Below are positions 10,995-22,427 of a stretch of DNA of 64,000 bases, in pieces (the stretch's first letter is position 1; every line of letters starts with the position of its first letter). Both the position numbers and the translations under genes were made by a program. Under the pieces are notes generated by a model that saw only the letters and a program-made list of their open reading frames with translations, made no database searches and was not told where the DNA came from. Source of the DNA: an uncultured delta proteobacterium (GTDB lineage Bacteria > Myxococcota_A > Polyangia > Polyangiales > Houyiibacteriaceae); NCBI GenBank assembly GCA_963699755.1, contig CAVOVB010000001.1, positions 96,001 to 160,000 on the forward strand, written 5' to 3'.

Positions 10995-12205
10995 GCGGGC
11001 TCGGCAACTTCAATCCCTTGAGCCGGGCGTCGTTCGCCTCGCGCGAGCAGGAGTTCCACGAAATCGCGATTCGCGGGGTCGACGGCTACGACAATTTCGG
11101 CGACCCGAGCTACCTCGAAGGCCTTCGTCGGCTCCTGTACTCGTACGACCACGAGGCACGCCTTCACACGACCGGGAAGATGACCGCCGTCTACCAGACC
11201 GTCGGCTTGCTCGCCGCCCGCCTGCGCACCGAGCGCTGGTTCGAGATGCGACCCAACTCGGCCAAGATCGCGATCGAACGGCCGATCATCATCACCGGCA
11301 TGGTGCGCACCGGAAGCACGGCCCTTCACTACTTGATGGGCGCCAACCCGGACATGCAGTGCCTGCAATACTGGCTCGCGCTCCATCCGCAGCCTCGCCC
11401 TCCCCGCGCCTACTGGGAAGCGGCGACCGATTTTCAGCACGCCCGCATCGAGCTCGACATGATGTACCAGGCCGGCAAGAGCATGCTCGAGTCGATCCAC
11501 TTCATGATGCCCGACGGCCCCGATGAGTCGGGGCGCGTCCTCGGACAGAATTTCAGCGACGATCGCTTCGAGGTCGTCTCGACGGTGCCGACCTATTCGG
11601 ACTGGTACATGAACACCGTGCACCGGGAGACCTATCAACGGCACAAGCGGATCATGCAGCTCATCGGGTCGTACGAGCCGGACAAGCGCTGGCTCCTCAA
11701 GTACCCGGTGCACATGCGCAACCTCGACGCGCTCCTCGACGCCTACCCGGATGCCTGCATCATCTGGACCCACCGCGACCCTGCCGATGTCTTGCCCTCG
11801 TACGTAAGCCTCTGCGCGCACTTTCGGTCGCTCTTCGAGAAGGACGTCGATCGGCCGCGCATCGCGCTCGAGCAGAAAGAAGCCTGGGCGCGGGCGGTCG
11901 ATCACGGCATGCGGCTTCGCAAAGGTCGCGAGCATCAGTTCCACGACATTTTTTTCGACGACTTCATGGCCGACCCGATCGGCGAGGTCGCCAAGGCGTA
12001 CGCGCGCTTCGACCAGCCTTTTTCAGAGCGAGCCAAAACGGCGCTCAGAGCCTGGCGCGAGGCCCACAGGCCGGGTCAGTTTGGGACCCACAACTACACC
12101 CGCGACGACTTCGGACAGTCGCCTGCACAGGTCCATGAGCGCTACGCGGCGTACATCGAGCAGTTCCCGCGGGTCCTCGAAAAGCCAAGCAGGAGCGCGG
12201 CATGA
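10991..12205 (+). CDS. Sulfotransferase family protein (Sulfotransfer_3 / mycobacterial Stf-like)
   Basis: 5'-PAPS loop IITGMVRTGSTALH, WLLKYP.H, IIWTHRDP. Confidence 0.85.
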   Translation: MSGLGNFNPLSRASFASREQEFHEIAIRGVDGYDNFGDPSYLEGLRRLLYSYDHEARLHTTGKMTAVYQTVGLLAARLRTERWFEMRPNSAKIAIERPIIITGMVRTGSTALHYLMGANPDMQCLQYWLALHPQPRPPRAYWEAATDFQHARIELDMMYQAGKSMLESIHFMMPDGPDESGRVLGQNFSDDRFEVVSTVPTYSDWYMNTVHRETYQRHKRIMQLIGSYEPDKRWLLKYPVHMRNLDALLDAYPDACIIWTHRDPADVLPSYVSLCAHFRSLFEKDVDRPRIALEQKEAWARAVDHGMRLRKGREHQFHDIFFDDFMADPIGEVAKAYARFDQPFSERAKTALRAWREAHRPGQFGTHNYTRDDFGQSPAQVHERYAAYIEQFPRVLEKPSRSAA

Positions 12206-13506
12206 TCCACCGAAGCGACGAAGAGCGTGCGCTGATCGCCGATGCCGAACGGCTCTTCCCCACCCAGACGCGCTGCCTGACCTTCGACCCCGAGCTGAAC
12301 TTCTGCGCTGGGAAGGCCGAGGGCAGCCACATCTGGGATCTGAGCGGCAACGAGTACATCGACTACTTGCTCGGCTCCGGACCGCACCTTCTGGGGCACG
12401 CGCACCCGGCGGTGCTCGAAGCACTTCGCACCGTCCCTGAAGGCGGCACCTCGCACCTCATCATCAACGAGCACGCGGTGAAGCTCGGAAAGAAGATCAT
12501 CGAGCACGTGCCCTGCGCCCAGATGCTGAGCCTGCACAGCAGCGGCAGCGAAGCGACGTTCTTTGCGATGCGCCTGGCGCGCGTCTACCGCAAGCGCGAC
12601 AAAATTTTGAAGTTCGAAGGCGCGTACCACGGGATGAACGACTACGCGATGATGAGCAATCAGTGGACGATGGGCTCGCCGCCTTATCCGAAGGCGGTCC
12701 CCAACACCCATGGGATTCCGCGCGTGCTTCACGATCAAGTGCTCATCGCGCCATACAACGACCTCGAGACGACCGCGGCGATCATTTCGAAGCACCGCGA
12801 CGAGCTTGCCGGAGTGATCATCGAGCCGATTCAGCGGACCTTGGTGCCGAGGCCCGGCTTCCTGCAAGGCGTCCGCGAGGTCACCGCCAACTTCGACATC
12901 CCGCTGATATTCGACGAGGTCGTCACCGGCTTTCGCTCCGGTCTAGGGGGCGCGCAGGCAGAGTACGGCGTCACGCCCGACCTCTGCGCGCTTGGAAAAG
13001 CGATCAGCGGTGGCCTGCCACTCGGCGTCCTGTGCGGGCGGGAAGACATCATGGCCATCGCAAACCCGAAGCGACGCTTACAGATGCTGCCCTACTCGAT
13101 GCAGACCGGGACCTTTTCGTCGAACCCCGTCTGCGCAAGCGTTGCCTTGGCGCTGATCGAAGAGCTCGAGAAGCCCGGCGTCTACGAGCGGATTGAAGAG
13201 GTGGGGACCCGGCTTCAGGCGGGCCTTCGGGACGCGATCGCGCACGCGGGAATCGAAGCCTGCGTCACGGGCGTGCCGAGCGTTTTCGAAATCTGGTTCA
13301 CCGGGGACGAACCCTATGACCACAAGTCATCTAGGGCGTCCGACTTCTACAAGAGCGTTCGCTTCTCCGATCTCTTGCTCGAGCAGGGAGTGCTCAAGGC
13401 AGCCGAGAAGTTTTTCGTCTCGGCCGTTCACAGCGACGAAGACATCGAGCGGAGCATCGAGGCGTTCCACGTCGGGCTCGAGCAGCTCGCCAAGGAGGTC
13501 GCATGA
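12202..13506 (+). CDS. Class III PLP aminotransferase (HemL/GSA aminomutase-like paralog)
   Basis: LIFDEVVTGFR, PLP lysine in ALGKAISGGLP, GTFSSNP. Confidence 0.85.
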   Translation: MIHRSDEERALIADAERLFPTQTRCLTFDPELNFCAGKAEGSHIWDLSGNEYIDYLLGSGPHLLGHAHPAVLEALRTVPEGGTSHLIINEHAVKLGKKIIEHVPCAQMLSLHSSGSEATFFAMRLARVYRKRDKILKFEGAYHGMNDYAMMSNQWTMGSPPYPKAVPNTHGIPRVLHDQVLIAPYNDLETTAAIISKHRDELAGVIIEPIQRTLVPRPGFLQGVREVTANFDIPLIFDEVVTGFRSGLGGAQAEYGVTPDLCALGKAISGGLPLGVLCGREDIMAIANPKRRLQMLPYSMQTGTFSSNPVCASVALALIEELEKPGVYERIEEVGTRLQAGLRDAIAHAGIEACVTGVPSVFEIWFTGDEPYDHKSSRASDFYKSVRFSDLLLEQGVLKAAEKFFVSAVHSDEDIERSIEAFHVGLEQLAKEVA

Positions 13507-14537
13507 AGCGGGTTGTGGTGACGGGCGCCTGCGGAAACATCGGTGCGAACGTCGTCGATCTCCTAGTGGAGCGCGGGTATGCGGTGCGGGCGGTCGACCT
13601 CGACACACAGTCGGGCCGCAAGACCGCGGAGCGCTGGGGCGACCGCGTCGACATGGAGTTCGGCAACATCTGCAGCGAATCCCTGGTGAGAGAAACGGTC
13701 CGCGATGTGCACCACGTGATCCACTTGGCCGCCATGGTCCCGCCGAACACCGACGTCGACCAGGCGGCGGGCTACGCAGTGAACGTGGTCGCGACCCGCT
13801 CGATCATCGCGGCCTGCGAAGCGCAGCCGAGCCCGCCTCGCCTCACCTTCACCTCGACCGCGGCGGTCTGGGGCCGCAACGACGAAGCCGACAGACCCCG
13901 CCGCGCCGACGAGGAGATCTCTCCAAGCGACAATTACTCGCGCCAGAAGGCCGAGTGCGAAGCCATGCTCCGCACCTCGTCGCTCGACTTCGTCATCTTT
14001 CGCATCGCGATGACGCCACCGGTAGAACCGGGCGCGCTGTCACCGTTCGTCTTCGACATGCACCCGGACATGCGGGTCGAGTTCACCCACCCGAAGGACC
14101 AGGCTCTCGGTATCGTGAATTCCCTCGTCATCGACGAGATCTCAGGCCGGACGCTTTGCCTCGGCGGCGGCGCGCGCAATCGCTATCGGTACCGCGAGTT
14201 CATGAACATGGCGTTCGGCGCAATGGGCTTCCCAGCGCTCCCGCGGTCGGCGTTCGGCGACGCGCTCTTTTTGACAGACTGGGTGGACTCCGAGGAGTCT
14301 CAGGCGATTCTCGATTATCAGCGGCGCGGCGCCTCGCAGTACTTCGAGGAGGTCAGCTCAAAGCTCGGGCTAGCCCTTCCCGTCGTGAAACGGATCGGCC
14401 CTGCCCTCGTACCGGTGATCCTCGCGCACTCACGGCACCAGGCACTCGTCGAAGGCAAAAAGCCGCGTGTGCCAGACGCCTACCGCGCGATCACGACCTT
14501 TCGCCGCGCCCTCAAAGCCGCAAAGAGCTACCTCTAA
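13503..14537 (+). CDS. NAD-dependent epimerase/dehydratase (extended SDR)
   Basis: VTGACGNIG, HLAA, YSRQK catalytic motif. Confidence 0.85.
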   Translation: MKRVVVTGACGNIGANVVDLLVERGYAVRAVDLDTQSGRKTAERWGDRVDMEFGNICSESLVRETVRDVHHVIHLAAMVPPNTDVDQAAGYAVNVVATRSIIAACEAQPSPPRLTFTSTAAVWGRNDEADRPRRADEEISPSDNYSRQKAECEAMLRTSSLDFVIFRIAMTPPVEPGALSPFVFDMHPDMRVEFTHPKDQALGIVNSLVIDEISGRTLCLGGGARNRYRYREFMNMAFGAMGFPALPRSAFGDALFLTDWVDSEESQAILDYQRRGASQYFEEVSSKLGLALPVVKRIGPALVPVILAHSRHQALVEGKKPRVPDAYRAITTFRRALKAAKSYL

Positions 14538-14547
14538 GGAGACGACG

Positions 14548-15156
14548 ATGGAAACGAGCAACCGCGTCCTGGACGGCCTGCTGACAGAGCTCTCCCTCCC
14601 CCACGTCGAAGAGCAGATCCCCCGCGATGTCTTCTACCAACTCGGACTCAAGTTCCCGCAGCAGTACGCGATCGCCTGCCGTGACGTCGCCAGCTGCGTA
14701 AGGCGCGCAGAAGCACTGGGGGCGGGCCCGTTCTTGCACGTGACGATCCCAGCACCCCATTGGGTCGAACGCGGCGAGCTCATCAAGGGCTGCAAGCTCG
14801 AGGTTGCGCTCGGCTACGCCGGAGATCGGCAAGTTGAGTTCCTCGGTCCGGGCAAAGGAACCCAGCACTACGCCCGAGAGCTCGTGGACACCGACATCGT
14901 CTTCCACCACGTCGGCATCTACCAACGCGGCATGGACGGGCTCGCGCGCTCGATCGAACACGCCGGTTACCCCGAGGTCGTCAAAGGGGGCCTATCCTTC
15001 GGCAAGGCCCTGTGCTTCGACTTCCGCTACTTCGACTCCCGCGCCGACTATGGCATCTACCTAGAAGTCCAAGACTTCAGCTACCTCGGCCGCGAGCTGA
15101 GCATCGAACCCTTTCTCCGCGCCTACGCCAAACTGAAGGCCACACTGCCACTCTAG
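14548..15156 (+). CDS. VOC/glyoxalase family protein
   Basis: AAGGAG RBS. Motifs QYAIACRDV, QVEFLGP, FHHVGI, YFDSR..YLEV. Confidence 0.7.
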   Translation: METSNRVLDGLLTELSLPHVEEQIPRDVFYQLGLKFPQQYAIACRDVASCVRRAEALGAGPFLHVTIPAPHWVERGELIKGCKLEVALGYAGDRQVEFLGPGKGTQHYARELVDTDIVFHHVGIYQRGMDGLARSIEHAGYPEVVKGGLSFGKALCFDFRYFDSRADYGIYLEVQDFSYLGRELSIEPFLRAYAKLKATLPL

Positions 15157-15210
15157 ATCCGCGCTCGTTCCAACCCCTTACGCCGCACACCCCCAGATCG
15201 ACGGAGAAAC

Positions 15211-15636
15211 ATGGTCACCTACGAAACCGAAATCATCATCGATGCGCCGCCCGCAACGGTCTGGAACCATCTCATCGACCTCGACCGGCACGCCGAATGG
15301 ACTCAGCACTTCAAGCTGCGTGGCGAGCCCATCGTCGGGGCCCCCGGACGCATCGAGTTCTCCCTCTTTGGGATGTCCGCGGGCGCCGATGTCGCCTTCC
15401 AGACGGTCGATGCGCCCCGTGAGCTTCGCTGGCACGGCGGGCCCAAAGGCCTCGCTTACGGGAGCCACTTCTGCATTCTCGAAGCGCTCGATGGCGGGAC
15501 CCGAACCCGCTTCCGTCACGGCGAATCGTTTTCAGGCCTTTTGGCACCCATGGTCGTCCTCTTCCTCAAGGCCGACCTTGGCCCCTCGTACAAGCGATTC
15601 AACGAGGATCTTCGACGCCGCGTGCTCGGCCAATAG
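15211..15636 (+). CDS. SRPBCC (polyketide cyclase/START-like) domain protein
   Basis: EIIIDAPPATVW..L.D and TRFRHGESFSG. Confidence 0.8.
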   Translation: MVTYETEIIIDAPPATVWNHLIDLDRHAEWTQHFKLRGEPIVGAPGRIEFSLFGMSAGADVAFQTVDAPRELRWHGGPKGLAYGSHFCILEALDGGTRTRFRHGESFSGLLAPMVVLFLKADLGPSYKRFNEDLRRRVLGQ

Positions 15637-15673
15637 CGACCGGCAAGCTCATTGCAGCGCCTTTCAACTCCCC

Positions 15674-16627
15674 ATGACTTTCAGCATCCGCAAGCTCTTC
15701 GTCCGCACGAGATATGCCGAGCCCGTCAACTTGGCTGGCAAGGCGATGATCGTCACGGGAACCGGCCGGGGCTCGCTGGGCTTCGCAACGGCGCGCACGC
15801 TCGCCGCATGGGGAGCCTCGGTGGTGGTGACGACGCGTTCGCACACCGACGCGATCGTCGAGGCGCTACGGGCCCAGCTCCCCGACGGCGAGGCTCGCGC
15901 GCGCATCATGGGGCATGCACTCGACCTGTCCCGTCGCGATTCGGTCGAAGAATTCGCGCGCTGGCTCACGGAGACCGGCGGGGACCAGCTGGACGTGTTG
16001 ATCAACAATGCAGGCGTTCACTTGGATCTCCTGTCCAAGTGGAAGGAGCCTCGGCTCACCAGCGATGGTTTCGAAACCCACTGGCGCATCAACTATCTCG
16101 GCACCGCGCACCTCACGCGTCGACTGCTGCCGTTGCTAGAAAAGGCCGGCCAACAAACCGGTGACGCCCGCATCGTCACAGTCGGCTCGCGTCTCTACAA
16201 GAAGGGATCGAACGAGGACATGCTCGAGGCGACGCGCGCCTACAACTCGTGGAACGCCTACGGCAACTCCAAGCTTGCGCTGATGCATATGACATCGGAG
16301 ATCCAACGTCGCTACGCCGATCGTTCGCAGCTACAGGCGTACTGCCTGCATCCGGGCGCAGTGTTCACCCGCGTTGCGGACAAGGGCCTCGAAGAAACCG
16401 GGCTCATCCAGACCGTACGGAGCGCAATGGCCCCCGTCGAGGCATTCTTTCTGAAGACACCAGACGAGGGAGCGCAGACCCAGATCCACTGCGCCACCCA
16501 TCCAGGCCTCGCGGGAGGCATCTACTTCACCGACTGCCAGCCGAGGGAGCCTGGCCAGGATGCCTGCGACGCCGAGGTCGCCGGCCGCCTTTGGGACGCG
16601 ACGCAGGAGTGGATCCGGGGAGGCTAG
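15674..16627 (+). CDS. Short-chain dehydrogenase (retinol dehydrogenase-like)
   Basis: IVTGTGRGSLG, LINNAG, YGNSK, LHPGAV. Confidence 0.85.
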   Translation: MTFSIRKLFVRTRYAEPVNLAGKAMIVTGTGRGSLGFATARTLAAWGASVVVTTRSHTDAIVEALRAQLPDGEARARIMGHALDLSRRDSVEEFARWLTETGGDQLDVLINNAGVHLDLLSKWKEPRLTSDGFETHWRINYLGTAHLTRRLLPLLEKAGQQTGDARIVTVGSRLYKKGSNEDMLEATRAYNSWNAYGNSKLALMHMTSEIQRRYADRSQLQAYCLHPGAVFTRVADKGLEETGLIQTVRSAMAPVEAFFLKTPDEGAQTQIHCATHPGLAGGIYFTDCQPREPGQDACDAEVAGRLWDATQEWIRGG

Positions 16628-16723
16628 CGCTGACGCCGACACTGGCAGTGGCGGCCGCCGACGGCGGCGACGAATCCGGCCGCCGAACCGCACCTAAGCA
16701 CCCGAAGCCCTTCGCCCAGCCCC

Positions 16724-16739
16724 TGGCACGCTCCGTGCT
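16724..16739 (+). promoter_or_regulatory. Sigma-54 promoter upstream of comM
   Basis: TGGCACGCTCCGTGCT: perfect TGGCACG -24 box and GG-N10-GC spacing. Confidence 0.6.
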
Positions 16740-16751
16740 CTGGGTGCTTCC

Positions 16752-18254
16752 ATGCTCGCCACCGCGCATGCCGCCTGCCTCATCGGAATCGAAGCCAACC
16801 CCGTTCAAGTGGAAGTGCGTCTCGGCGAGGGTCTCCCCGGTTTCGACATCGTCGGTCTTCCCGAGCGTGGCGTTCGGGAGAGTCGCATCCGGGTGCGAGC
16901 CGCCCTGTCGTCGATCGGTTTCGCGTTTCCGCCGCGCCATCTTGTTTTGAATTTGGCGCCCGGGGACGTTCCCAAGACCGGCGCTGGCTTGGACCTCGCG
17001 ATCGCCGCCGCGGTCTTGGCCGCTTGTGAAGGTGTCTCCACCGAGCTGCTCTCGAGCACGCTCTTGATCGGGGAGCTCTCGCTTTCCGGGGAGCTGCGTC
17101 CCGTTCGTGGCGTTCTCGCCTTGCTTCGAAGCGCGCGCCAAGCAGGGCTTGAGAACGCGATCATCCCGGAGGGCAACCGTCACGAAGCGATGTTGGTCGA
17201 AGGGGTGTCGGTCCTGAGCGCGCCCCATGTCGGTGCCGTGGTCCGCTGGTTGAGCGGAGAGGCGCCGCTTCCCGACGTCACGGGAGAGGGGGCGGCCCCG
17301 GAGTCCGTTCTCGATGCCGAACCGGAGCGTGATCTCAGCGCGATTCGAGGGCAGGAGGCCGCCCGTCGCGCGCTCGAAATCGCCGCGGCAGGCGGCCACC
17401 ACATGCTCCTGATCGGAAGCCCCGGCGCAGGGAAGACGATGCTCGCCCGAGCCCTGCCTTCGATCCTTCCACCACCCACGTCCGAAGAGGCACTCGAAAT
17501 CGCCACCATCGCGAGCTCGGCGGGTCTTCGTTCGCCCCGTATTCTGACCGGGCGGCAGCGCCCTTTCCGCGCACCGCATCACACGGCAAGTGCGGCAGCC
17601 ATCGTGGGCGGTGGCGAACCGATCCGCGCCGGGGAGCTGACTCTGGCTCACCGTGGCGTGCTGTTCCTCGACGAGCTCCCAGAGTTTCGCCGAGACGCCA
17701 TCGAGACCCTGCGAACGACGATGGAAGAAGGCGAGGTCGTGATCTCCAGAGCGCGGCAACGCGTGCGTCTCCCCGCCGAGCCGATGGTCGTCGCCGCCAT
17801 GAACCCCTGCCCTTGCGGCTACCACGGCGACCCGACGCGATTCTGCCGATGCGGTGAGCTTCAGATCGCACGCTACCGCGGCCGAGTGTCGGGCCCACTC
17901 CTCGATCGCTTCGATCTCCAAGTCGCCGTTCCGCGAGTCAGTGCCCGCATGATGCGAAAGGCAACCCGCGGTGAGGAATCAAGAGCCGTACAGCGAAGGG
18001 TCGAGGAGGCCCGGGCACGCCTGGCTTCGTCTGGCACAGGCGCGAGCCTCGAGTCCCTCACGCGAAACGTCACCCAAGAGGCCCTCACCTTGCTCGAGCT
18101 CGGCGTCGAACGCTTGAAGATGAGCGCCCGGGCCTATCTCAAGGCCCTCCGCGTGGCGCACACGATCGCCTCGCTCGACGCGGCGCTCGAGGTTCTCCCC
18201 GCGCACACCGCCGAGGCATTGCAGTACCGAGTCTTGGATCGCGAGCCGGACTGA
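16752..18254 (+). CDS. comM: YifB/ComM Mg-chelatase-like AAA+ ATPase
   Basis: [34 protein letters not shown]. Confidence 0.9.
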   Translation: MLATAHAACLIGIEANPVQVEVRLGEGLPGFDIVGLPERGVRESRIRVRAALSSIGFAFPPRHLVLNLAPGDVPKTGAGLDLAIAAAVLAACEGVSTELLSSTLLIGELSLSGELRPVRGVLALLRSARQAGLENAIIPEGNRHEAMLVEGVSVLSAPHVGAVVRWLSGEAPLPDVTGEGAAPESVLDAEPERDLSAIRGQEAARRALEIAAAGGHHMLLIGSPGAGKTMLARALPSILPPPTSEEALEIATIASSAGLRSPRILTGRQRPFRAPHHTASAAAIVGGGEPIRAGELTLAHRGVLFLDELPEFRRDAIETLRTTMEEGEVVISRARQRVRLPAEPMVVAAMNPCPCGYHGDPTRFCRCGELQIARYRGRVSGPLLDRFDLQVAVPRVSARMMRKATRGEESRAVQRRVEEARARLASSGTGASLESLTRNVTQEALTLLELGVERLKMSARAYLKALRVAHTIASLDAALEVLPAHTAEALQYRVLDREPD

Positions 18255-18306
18255 GGCTCGACCGATCGCGAGAAGCAACCCCCCGAAAAAAAAGGAGCAA
18301 GAGCAG

Positions 18307-19305
<999 letters not shown>

Positions 19306-19343
19306 CGGTTTGTGAACCGGTCGCTTCCTGTTACAAGACGGGC

Positions 19344-20297
19344 GTGCGCTTTCTGGTTACAGGGGCAACCGGGTTCATTGGCGGCGCCGTCGTGCAGGAC
19401 CTGCACGCGTCCGGCCATGAAGTCGTGGCATACGTCCGAGAAGGTAGTGACTCGCGCCCGCTGCAGAACGTCGAGCGGATCGTCGGAGACCTCAGTGACC
19501 CGAACCGCTTGGCGATTGCCGCGGCGAATTGCGACGCGATGGTCCACGCCGCCGGCATCACCGATCCGGCAGCCGACCCCGAGACACTTGGTTGGGTCCA
19601 CATCGCCGGCACCGAGAACGCGATCAATGCCGCGAGGAAAGCCGGTTGCCAACGCTTCATTCACGTCTCTTGCGCCGATGTCACCCTCTATGACGGGCCG
19701 CGCTCGTTTTGGAACGAGGACGCCGCTCCTTCTCGACCCTACGGGGAGCTCGCACGCAGCAAGCTCCATGCCGAGGAGCTCGCGCGGGTCTCGGGCCGAC
19801 GCGGATTCCGAACCTCCATCATTCGGCCCGCTCTGGTGTGGGGCCCAGGCGACAGGACAAACCTGCCCGGCTGGGAGCGTGAAGCCGAGCGGGGAGGCAT
19901 CGGAATCGTGGGCCGCGGCAAAAAATTGCTCGCGACCACGTACATCGGAAACCTCGCGCACGCAGTGCGGCGATCCGTCGAGACGAAAATCACGACCGGC
20001 AACGTATACTATGTCGTCGACGCCGAGCTCCATGTCGCCCGCGACTTCTTCACCGAGCTCAGCGCGGCCCTCGGATGGAACCCGCCGAGGAATGCAGGCC
20101 CATACCACTGGGCCTTCTTCGCCTCGCGGGCGGGGCTCTCGTCGCTGCATCCGACGCAGGTGATTCGGCGAGGACAGACGAGCGCGTTCGAGATGAACAG
20201 AGCCAAACACGATCTCGGCTACGAGCCAGTCGTCACCCGCGAGCAAGGTTTGGCCGCGCTCGCTGCCTGGTATCGCGAAACGCGGGGTGGCCCATGA
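19344..20297 (+). CDS. NAD-dependent epimerase / 3-beta-HSD-like protein
   Basis: VTGATGFIG, YARSK-like LARSK, IRPALVWGPGD. Confidence 0.8.
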   Translation: MRFLVTGATGFIGGAVVQDLHASGHEVVAYVREGSDSRPLQNVERIVGDLSDPNRLAIAAANCDAMVHAAGITDPAADPETLGWVHIAGTENAINAARKAGCQRFIHVSCADVTLYDGPRSFWNEDAAPSRPYGELARSKLHAEELARVSGRRGFRTSIIRPALVWGPGDRTNLPGWEREAERGGIGIVGRGKKLLATTYIGNLAHAVRRSVETKITTGNVYYVVDAELHVARDFFTELSAALGWNPPRNAGPYHWAFFASRAGLSSLHPTQVIRRGQTSAFEMNRAKHDLGYEPVVTREQGLAALAAWYRETRGGP

Positions 20298-20779
20298 ACG
20301 ACGAAAACCTCGATGCGCAATGGATGCGGGCAGCGATCGCAGAGGCGCGCCTGGCCGAGGCCAAGAGTGAAGTGCCCGTAGGCGCGGTCATCGTTCACGA
20401 AGGCCAAATCATCGGCCGCGGCCACAACGCACGCGAGTCCTCACAGGACCCTACCGCCCATGCCGAGATGATCGCGATTCGCCAAGCGGCTGAGCGACTC
20501 GGGAGCTGGCGCCTGATCGACACGGCCCTCTATGTCACCCTCGAACCCTGTCCCATGTGCGCCGGCGCGCTCGTGAATGCGCGTGTGCCGAGAGTCGTCT
20601 GGGGCTGCGACGATCCCAAAGCCGGCGCTACCAAGACGCTCTACAACATCGGCAGCGACGCTCGCTTGAACCATCGTTTCGAATGCGTTCCAGGGGTTCT
20701 CGAAGAGGCTTGCAGCGCGCTTCTCACCCAGTTTTTCGCGGCAATTCGGGCCAAGGACGAGCCCCGGAACGGCCGTTGA
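20294..20779 (+). CDS. tadA: tRNA adenosine(34) deaminase
   Basis: EVPVGAV, AHAE, YVTLEPCPMC. ATGA overlap with the upstream gene. Confidence 0.93.
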   Translation: MNDENLDAQWMRAAIAEARLAEAKSEVPVGAVIVHEGQIIGRGHNARESSQDPTAHAEMIAIRQAAERLGSWRLIDTALYVTLEPCPMCAGALVNARVPRVVWGCDDPKAGATKTLYNIGSDARLNHRFECVPGVLEEACSALLTQFFAAIRAKDEPRNGR

Positions 20780-20803
20780 CACCCCAAAGCGTTTTGCTAG
20801 CTT
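20776..20803 (+). promoter_or_regulatory. Sigma-70-type promoter for the tRNA-Ser cluster
   Basis: TTGACA, 16-nt spacer ending in TGc, then TAGCTT, 7 nt before the tRNA. Confidence 0.55.
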
Positions 20804-20810
20804 CCGCCGC

Positions 20811-20898
20811 GGAGAGCTGTCCGAGTGGTCGAAGGTGCTTGATTCGAAATCAAGTGTACCGAAAGGTACCAAGGGTTCGAATCCCTTGCTCTCCGCCA
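20811..20898 (+). tRNA. tRNA-Ser(CGA)
   Basis: GGAGAGC acceptor, anticodon arm CTTGA-TTCGAAA-TCAAG, long variable arm, GGTTCGAATCC, CCA end. Confidence 0.95.
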
Positions 20899-20983
20899 GG
20901 TTCTTTGACCTACAAGTTGACGACCGCCGAAGCTTCTGCCCCAAACGCAGAGGCCGAAGCGAACAGGAAGGCGGACTCCGCCG

Positions 20984-21068
20984 GGAGAGGTGACCGAGTG
21001 GTCGAAGGTGCACGACTGGAAATCGTGTGTGCCGAAAGGTACCGGGGGTTCGAATCCCTTCCTCTCCG
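20984..21068 (+). tRNA. tRNA-Ser(GGA)
   Basis: Anticodon arm CACGA-CTGGAAA-TCGTG, variable arm, T arm. CCA not encoded (CCG follows). Confidence 0.95.
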
Positions 21069-21104
21069 CCGATCGGCGCTCCCGCCCTGGGGGCTCCGCG
21101 ATAT

Positions 21105-21184
<80 letters not shown>

Positions 21185-21244
21185 TTTTTTACGCTATCTT
21201 TGTGCATGGCGGGCAAGAGGTCTTACTCAGCGATGGAGCGAATC

Positions 21245-22021
21245 ATGCGTCATTCGATCGCCTTCTCCTTGCTCGTCGCGCTCGCCCAGCCAGTCAGCGC
21301 GCTCGGGCAAGCGTCGACCGCAGAACCCAAGGACGAGCCTGCGTCGATCGTCGTCATCGACTCCCCGCCACCAGCTATTCCGGCACAGGTTCCGTCGACC
21401 GGCGTCGTTCTCGCGCGGCCGGGCCGGGTCGTGCTTTCCGGAACGCCTGTCCCGACTCACTTCCGGTCGCCCGCCGACGGCGTCTCGTTCCATCTTCAGA
21501 CCGGCGGAAGCTACTCCTCGATCAGCGGCCTCAGCTTCGGCATGGGGTACGGCTGGGGCGGGCCGGGCTGGGGTTGGGGCGGCTACGGCGTCGGTTACGG
21601 CGTTGCCCCTTACTACGGCGAGGTCGTCACCAGGGCCTATCAGCCGATCTGCGAAACGCCCTGCGATGCGACCTTGCTATCGGGTCGCCACCGCTTTGCG
21701 CTCTCGCTCGACGGAGGTAGGCCCGTCGACGTCGCGCAACCCATCGACTTGAGCGTCGAGTCGGTCGTCGAAGGCCGCTACGTCGACAAGAGCCGCATGC
21801 GACGAGCCGGCTGGATCTCCTTCGTCGCCGGCTCCATCGCCGGGATGGCCTTCATGTTCGCCTCGATCGATTACCGATCCGACCCGTATTATGGCGACCA
21901 AATCCGCTACGGCGGCATGTTCTACACAGGCGTCGGCCTCTTGGTCAGCTCGATCATCACCGGCTCGGTCCTCGCCTCCCAAAATGACGAAGCAAGCGTC
22001 ACCGTGTTTCCAGTCCAGTAG
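21245..22021 (+). CDS. Hypothetical secreted/membrane protein
   Basis: Signal peptide, Gly/Tyr/Trp-rich segment, ICETPC motif, two C-terminal TM helices. Confidence 0.6.
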   Translation: MRHSIAFSLLVALAQPVSALGQASTAEPKDEPASIVVIDSPPPAIPAQVPSTGVVLARPGRVVLSGTPVPTHFRSPADGVSFHLQTGGSYSSISGLSFGMGYGWGGPGWGWGGYGVGYGVAPYYGEVVTRAYQPICETPCDATLLSGRHRFALSLDGGRPVDVAQPIDLSVESVVEGRYVDKSRMRRAGWISFVAGSIAGMAFMFASIDYRSDPYYGDQIRYGGMFYTGVGLLVSSIITGSVLASQNDEASVTVFPVQ

Positions 22022-22056
22022 AGCGTGAAGCCACGTGGCTACGAAGTCGCTCTGCG

Positions 22057-22133
22057 TGGCGGACTCAAGAGGACTCGAACCTCTAACCCCCGGCTCCGTA
22101 GGCCGGTGCTCTATCCAATTGAGCTATGAGTCC
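22057..22133 (-). tRNA. tRNA-Arg(ACG)
   Basis: Reverse complement GGACTCATAGCTCAATTGGATAGAGC..CCGGC-CTACGGA-GCCGG..GGTTCGAGTCC..CCA, 77 nt. Confidence 0.95.
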
Positions 22134-22213
22134 CCGGGATGCGCACGGTAGCGGCCCCGTCTGGAGCGTCAAGCGCCCCGGCTGGCGGGGCCCATGGCGG
22201 AAGCCCCTACCGG

Positions 22214-22303
22214 CGGAGAGGAAGGGATTCGAACCCCCGGTACGGCTCTACACCGTACGGTCGCTTAGCAAGCGACTGCCTTCGACCACTCGGCCACCTC
22301 TCC
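22214..22303 (-). tRNA. tRNA-Ser(GCT)
   Basis: Anticodon arm GTCGC-TTGCTAA-GCGAC, long variable arm. CCA not encoded. Confidence 0.95.
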
Positions 22304-22427
22304 AAGAAGCAAAGATTTCAACATGCGCCGCCGCCTGTGCGGCGCGCGGGCGGCCTTTGTAGCCGCCCCCCAAAGGAGTGTCAAAGCCCCCTCGGACCCT
22401 GGTCGGAGCCGTGCTACAAGATCGGAG

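Noticed and set aside
12202..13506. Calling this gene hemL
   Set aside because: The family is right, but the operon context and divergent N-terminus make orthology uncertain.
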